Source of the DNA: Candidatus Thorarchaeota archaeon
GTDB taxonomy: Archaea; Asgardarchaeota; Thorarchaeia; Thorarchaeales; Thorarchaeaceae
DNA: 12,600 nucleotides
Direction: 5' to 3'
Assembly (NCBI GenBank): GCA_046482545.1
Contig: JAWOEX010000017.1
Span: 1 to 12,600 of the forward strand
Shown here: positions 8,239 to 12,600 of the stretch, piece by piece
Position numbering within the stretch: the stretch's first letter is position 1
How the letters are laid out: every line of letters begins with the position of its first letter
Translations under genes and position numbers: made by a program
Notes under the pieces: model-generated
Database searches by the model: none
The model's input: the letters and a program-made list of their open reading frames with translations, nothing else
What the model was told of the DNA's origin: nothing

Positions 8239-9037
8239 GGAACACGAGAAAGTTCACCCGATAATCGAACTTGAATTCAAGTATACCTATCATTTTCCAA
8301 TCCTCGAAAGCATCGTGGCTATTATGTTGTTTATGGCAGCCAGCAGGGGCATAGCTGTTGGCAACGCGTCTGTGGGGTTAGAGCTCAGTTCAGGTCCCAT
8401 GTGGGATGGCTCTCAACTGATCGAACGATACTACGCATTCTTGGAAGGAGGGGCACTTGCGTACGCCATGGCTCTTTCAAGCTTGGTCTCAGTCTTTGCC
8501 CTGTTGATTCCCGCCTTAACTGCTTTCAGCCTGGCACGAAGCTTCGAAGACGGAACACTGCAGACCCTTCTCAGCTATCCACTAAGCCGCTCTCGTATCC
8601 TCCTGACAAAAGTTGCTATGATACTGCTTCTAACCTGTATTCCTGCTACGGTGCTATCTCTTGCCGCAGTTTACATCTACATCCCTGGCGGAATGCAATT
8701 TCTTCCTTTTCTTGCTCTTAGTGTAGCGTTCTCGGTATTCGTACTTGTCGTAACTTCAGTAGGTATACTGATTTCTCTCATTTCAAAACGGACCATGGCC
8801 AGTGCTGCTTCAGGGATGCTAGGATGGACTGGGGTTCTCGCCATCGTCAATATGGATATCGTTCCGGAGTCGATTAAGAGGGTCATAAACCCAGTAAGAA
8901 TCATTACAGAAGCGATTAGAGGGGAAGCGAACACCCTTCTGACATGGGAGATTGCTGGCTCACTGTTGGGGTCGTTCCTAGTCGGCATAGCAATCCTTGT
9001 TCTGAGCATGCTGGTTTTTGAAAGAATGGAGGTGTAA
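8231..9037 (+). CDS. ABC-2 family permease subunit 1
   Basis: GTG at 8231 overlaps the ATPase 3' end; multiple TM helices; motif ARSFEDGTLQTLLSYPLSRSRILLTK typical of ABC-2 permeases; ends FERMEV. Confidence 0.9.
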   Translation: MSKEHEKVHPIIELEFKYTYHFPILESIVAIMLFMAASRGIAVGNASVGLELSSGPMWDGSQLIERYYAFLEGGALAYAMALSSLVSVFALLIPALTAFSLARSFEDGTLQTLLSYPLSRSRILLTKVAMILLLTCIPATVLSLAAVYIYIPGGMQFLPFLALSVAFSVFVLVVTSVGILISLISKRTMASAASGMLGWTGVLAIVNMDIVPESIKRVINPVRIITEAIRGEANTLLTWEIAGSLLGSFLVGIAILVLSMLVFERMEV

Positions 9038-9039
9038 CG

Positions 9040-9564
9040 ATGGTGTCCATGCAAACCCGTGCAGGCTGGCTCATGGTAACTCTTGGCATAACCTTGCTCC
9101 TTGTCTCCTTTCTGGGGGCTGGCAGTTTCGGGCTCCATGCTTCCATAGATAGTGGGATGTACAAAGGATACCTTTTCAGAACGACTGATGCTATCTATGT
9201 ACAGGCGGAAGGGGACACCAACGAGTGCTTCTCTCTCTACATTCTTGACTCGGAGGATACTCTGATCGTTCTTGAAAATGGCTCTTTGGAACAGACAAGT
9301 CCTGTTGCCATGATGGAAAACATCACCCACTACAACGGCCGTGTTGAGCTTCCATCACCGGGGGTCTACACGATCCTTGTCACTCCATCTCAAAATAACA
9401 CAATCAGCGTCAATATAGACATCCAGAGAACAAACCCACACATGAACGCTCTAATCCCTGGTATTTTGTTCGTTGCTGGGGGTGCGATATTCTCCTACAT
9501 ACCAAGAAGAGCTGATAGGATTGAGGAGACACCTAGAGTTGAATCGACAGGAAATACAACATAG
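9040..9564 (+). CDS. Two-TM accessory membrane protein 1 with an extracellular, probably beta-sandwich, domain
   Basis: 174 aa, N- and C-terminal hydrophobic helices, 2 nt after permease stop; paralogous to 10424..10930. Confidence 0.82.
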   Translation: MVSMQTRAGWLMVTLGITLLLVSFLGAGSFGLHASIDSGMYKGYLFRTTDAIYVQAEGDTNECFSLYILDSEDTLIVLENGSLEQTSPVAMMENITHYNGRVELPSPGVYTILVTPSQNNTISVNIDIQRTNPHMNALIPGILFVAGGAIFSYIPRRADRIEETPRVESTGNTT

Positions 9565-9602
9565 CATTATCGGAAAAACAGGAGAACCCCCAGTGAGGAG
9601 AG

Positions 9603-10421
9603 ATGTGTAATATGAAGCGACCACCTGAAAACCTGCGAGAAATCTGGGAGCTGGAATTCAACCAGTTCTATTCGTTTCCGGTTGTTGAGGGAATAGTTGC
9701 GATTTTCCTTGCCATTGCATTCGCCAGTACCATTGGAATATTTGGAAGCCATATGGGGGTGTATATCGAACCGGGGCCAACATGGAATGGTACGGCAGTA
9801 ATTGAATCTGTTTCCGAATATAGACGGACGGTTACAGCATCAGCGTATGCATCATCAGCTCTTGGTTTCGCCCAGATCCTAGCTTTCCTTATCCCGCTGT
9901 TCCTAGCATCCACTCTGGCAGGACGTTTTGAAGATGGCACGCTGCAAACATATTTGTCCTATCCCATTCAACGTTCCACCCTATTGATGGTCAAGGTCTC
10001 CGGGGTCATTGTTGTACTGGGAACAGTTGCAACGTTCGCTTCGCTTTCGATGATATTCCTGTTCATTCCTGGCAGCAAAGATGCCTTTTCCATATTGCTT
10101 GTAACATCTGCACTATGGGCGTTTATCATACTCCTTACGTCAGGAACCACGCTGATATCAATCGCGACCAGAAGTGGTGCTGCCACTGCAATCATAGGAA
10201 TTATCCTCTGGTACGCCGCACAAATGATTGCTGGTTCGCAGGCCACACCAAGCACAGTACGGGCTGTCCTCAACCCAATATCCCTAGCGAGTAGCTATGT
10301 CGCAGGAGGACTCGTAGTACCACAGATTACAGAGGTGTACGTCGGCATAGTCGGCGCGATGGTTGTTGGCGTCCTTGCCTTGACGGCAAGTGTCTTTCTA
10401 TTTGAGAAGGTGGAGATCTGA
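9603..10421 (+). CDS. ABC-2 family permease subunit 2
   Basis: Motif AGRFEDGTLQTYLSYPIQRSTLLMVK; ends FEKVEI; gtgaggag upstream; start may be 9612. Confidence 0.9.
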   Translation: MCNMKRPPENLREIWELEFNQFYSFPVVEGIVAIFLAIAFASTIGIFGSHMGVYIEPGPTWNGTAVIESVSEYRRTVTASAYASSALGFAQILAFLIPLFLASTLAGRFEDGTLQTYLSYPIQRSTLLMVKVSGVIVVLGTVATFASLSMIFLFIPGSKDAFSILLVTSALWAFIILLTSGTTLISIATRSGAATAIIGIILWYAAQMIAGSQATPSTVRAVLNPISLASSYVAGGLVVPQITEVYVGIVGAMVVGVLALTASVFLFEKVEI

Positions 10422-10423
10422 GG

Positions 10424-10930
10424 ATGGCGTCAGCTGCAGGAAGAATAACCAAACTGGTGACGATGATTGGAATCACCTTCTTGCTAGTCTCGTTCATCCC
10501 ATCCGGAAGTTTTGGTCCAGGTAGCTTTGTCGACTATGGTACTTACGAGGGGACAGTTTTCGGAGCCGTTGGAAATATTCACGTAAACATCTCGACCTAC
10601 AATAGCAGTGGACTTCAAGTCTATGTATTGGACTATGACGATTTGACGTCCGCATTGGAAAATGGATCTCTGGAAGGGACTGACCCACTTATGTCGATTG
10701 AAGTGCTCTCGAATTACTCCGGCATAATCGAGATTCCTCACCCCGGATTATATGCCATTCTGTTCACCCCCACATATAACGAGACTGTTTATTGGGACGT
10801 TCAAATCAGTAGGCCGCTCCCTCACACCGGTGCTTTTCATGTTGGGCTAGTTGTTACTGCATTAGGAATCGCGGGGATGATATTGCTGAAAGTGGAAGGA
10901 CATCTTCGTATTCCTGATTTGCAAAGATGA
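10424..10930 (+). CDS. Two-TM accessory membrane protein 2
   Basis: 168 aa; IGITFLLVSFIPSGSFG, LENGSLEGTDP and EIPHPGLYAILFTP match 9040..9564; 2 nt after permease stop. Confidence 0.82.
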   Translation: MASAAGRITKLVTMIGITFLLVSFIPSGSFGPGSFVDYGTYEGTVFGAVGNIHVNISTYNSSGLQVYVLDYDDLTSALENGSLEGTDPLMSIEVLSNYSGIIEIPHPGLYAILFTPTYNETVYWDVQISRPLPHTGAFHVGLVVTALGIAGMILLKVEGHLRIPDLQR

Positions 10931-11038
10931 TCTGTGAGTGCACCCAGGATACCGCCACTAATGCTAAGTAGCAGAGTTACGTATATGGCATACTGTCTTT
11001 TTCACAAAGCTACACTATCGAAAACAAAGCAAAATGAG

Positions 11039-11148
11039 TGAGAAATGCTGAAGATGGAGGTACTGCTTCTTGAGGTTCCGCTCAAATCTTGACAACTCTA
11101 GGTGTTGCACGAGCTACATTTTCGGTCTGCTCGCCTTGGACAGTAGTA
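11039..11148 (+). repeat. Dispersed ~110-bp direct repeat, copy 4
   Basis: tgagaaatgctgaagatggaggtactgcttcttgaggttccgctcaaatcttgacaactctaggtgttgcacgagctacattttcggtctgctcgccttggacagtagta; lies between convergent genes. Confidence 0.95.
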
Positions 11149-11183
11149 GCGGTGAGCTGAACACCTCGCCGGAGCTCGGGCTA

Positions 11184-12053
11184 TCATCGCTTCTTGACAT
11201 AGACAACCATAATGACCACCACTGCTCCTATTGCGGTACCAATCCCAAGAGCATGCAGCGGATGTATGCCCACAGGGGTGGTTGTTTCTGTGGTTGTTGT
11301 CGTGGTGGGATTAGCTCCGCATGGTGGCGGTGGAAGATGTTCAATTGCAACGATTGTGCCATCGAGTGAGATAGACATGATACAAAGAAGCTGTGCGAGA
11401 GAGTAAACAGGTTCGGTTGGGGATGGGTAGCATGCTATAGTGGTATTGATTTTCAAGGTTAATTCCCAGTGAGATTCATTCAGTAACACACTCGCATTAT
11501 CATGCTCGAATTCTGAAATCCCGATATCCCCCATCGCCAGAGAGTCACCAGTATAGCTGCGGTCCCACAGGAAGGGAATCAGGAGGTTATCCTCGCTGAA
11601 GGGCCTGAAACAGAAGTCTGATGATTCATTGAAAGCAAGAAGCGAGGCAATCCCGGTCTTCAGCGATTCTCGCAAATACGAACTTGAGTTGACATTAAGA
11701 TTCACGATAGTATCGAACTCACCCGTCCAATTGAACAGGAGCTGAGTGAAGTGGGTGCTGTTGAGACCTGAAAAGGCCCCATAGCCATTCAAGTTCGTGT
11801 CTAGACCGAAGAGCAATGAGTCGTTGAAAGCGTCCACGATTGGTTGATATTCATCCCAGTTTTCGGCTTGAAGTATGTAGCGTCCGAGCCCTCGACTATT
11901 CAGGTCCCAGCCGTTGAAGGTGATGGTGTTTTCTCCGACCACTAGCGTTGCGGAATTGGAAGTTGGTAGTTGGTTCGCTACTGCAGTTGTAGCCCCGAGT
12001 GACAGAACCAAGAATAGCACAAATAGGCTTATTGTGGTTCGATTCAGCTTCAT
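11184..12053 (-). CDS. C-terminally anchored cell-surface (glyco)protein
   Basis: Start placed at MKLNRTTISLFVLFLVLSLGATTAVA (signal peptide); many N-x-S/T sequons; PPPPCGANPTTTTTETTTP linker; C-terminal TM + KKR; tandem TGA TAG stops. Confidence 0.85.
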   Translation of the reverse strand: MKLNRTTISLFVLFLVLSLGATTAVANQLPTSNSATLVVGENTITFNGWDLNSRGLGRYILQAENWDEYQPIVDAFNDSLLFGLDTNLNGYGAFSGLNSTHFTQLLFNWTGEFDTIVNLNVNSSSYLRESLKTGIASLLAFNESSDFCFRPFSEDNLLIPFLWDRSYTGDSLAMGDIGISEFEHDNASVLLNESHWELTLKINTTIACYPSPTEPVYSLAQLLCIMSISLDGTIVAIEHLPPPPCGANPTTTTTTETTTPVGIHPLHALGIGTAIGAVVVIMVVYVKKR

Positions 12054-12078
12054 TTGTCTTGGTATCCCCATTATTTGC

Positions 12079-12600
12079 TCAATAATTGTTGCTCCCATCA
12101 TAATTGACGCGATGCTCGAAATCCCAATAATAGTGTAATCTTCCATCATATTCTAATTTGTCGTAATCATCATCGGAGTAATTTGCATCATCACCCTCAG
12201 CCATAATTTTTAGTGTATTCCAAGAAATGCCAACATTCTGATAGCACTGAGGATTATCGGTCACATCCCAAGTGGGATCTGCATGAATCCAGTCATAACC
12301 ATCCCAAAACTCAGCCCAAGCATGACCTTTGGAGTGTCCAGTAGTGTTAACACCAGAGGCGTATATGTATCTTGCAGGAATGCCGACAGAACGACAAAAC
12401 GATACAAAAACAATTGCGAATTCATCGCATACACCTTCCCAACCACGGTCTCTGGAATATTTGTCCGCATTGGTTGTATAAAGTGTGTATGAATCATCAA
12501 CAGGGGTCATCAGGTTATTTACACCTCCATTTAGGAATCGACCCACATCAGGAGGGAAAAAGTAATCGAAGTCATCGATGATTATTGCAGCTTGATAGTA
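12079..12600 (-). CDS. Transglutaminase-like (Cys-His-Asp) domain protein, 5' end outside the window
   Basis: GVCDEFAIVFVSFCRSVGIPARY, GHAWAEFW, WIHADPTW; the frame is open to the window edge (YYQAAIIIDDFDYFFPPDVGRF...). Confidence 0.92.
   Translation of the reverse strand, partial: YYQAAIIIDDFDYFFPPDVGRFLNGGVNNLMTPVDDSYTLYTTNADKYSRDRGWEGVCDEFAIVFVSFCRSVGIPARYIYASGVNTTGHSKGHAWAEFWDGYDWIHADPTWDVTDNPQCYQNVGISWNTLKIMAEGDDANYSDDDYDKLEYDGRLHYYWDFEHRVNYDGSNNY

Noticed and set aside
8677-9330. 217-aa minus-strand ORF
   Set aside because: Antisense to the permease and accessory genes, which are supported by paralogy
10418-10427. ctgaggatgg matching the repeat's left block
   Set aside because: Only 10 nt and explained by the TGA-gg-ATG gene junction
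154-11148. Repeat as a CRISPR array
   Set aside because: Units of ~110 bp separated by kilobases of genes; no short spacers and no cas genes
11070-11369. 99-aa Cys/His-rich ORF starting in repeat copy 4
   Set aside because: Cys/His richness arises from the antisense of the Thr/Val-rich tail of 11184..12053; frame not conserved in other copies

Overview
Archaeal accessory region, most likely Asgard-type. This is inferred from a longin-like + Arf-like small-GTPase gene, BRE/TATA-like motifs and glycosylation-sequon-rich surface proteins. The organising feature is a non-coding ~105-115 bp direct repeat in four diverged, same-orientation copies (154-260, 2681-2793, 5848-5953, 11039-11148). The copies divide the window into unrelated gene modules: (1) a longin-like/degenerate GTPase/33-aa helical-repeat fusion protein; (2) a decayed paralogous gene start, a frameshifted secreted protein and a polytopic membrane protein whose stop codon lies inside the repeat; (3) a secreted protein plus an ABC-2-type transporter with a tandemly duplicated permease/accessory pair; (4) on the minus strand, a transglutaminase-like protein and a C-terminally anchored surface protein. 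The layout looks like a cassette array or serial-integration hotspot, but the repeat is not a canonical attC, CRISPR repeat or tRNA, and no recombinase is visible in the window. All alignments and folds were done by eye.
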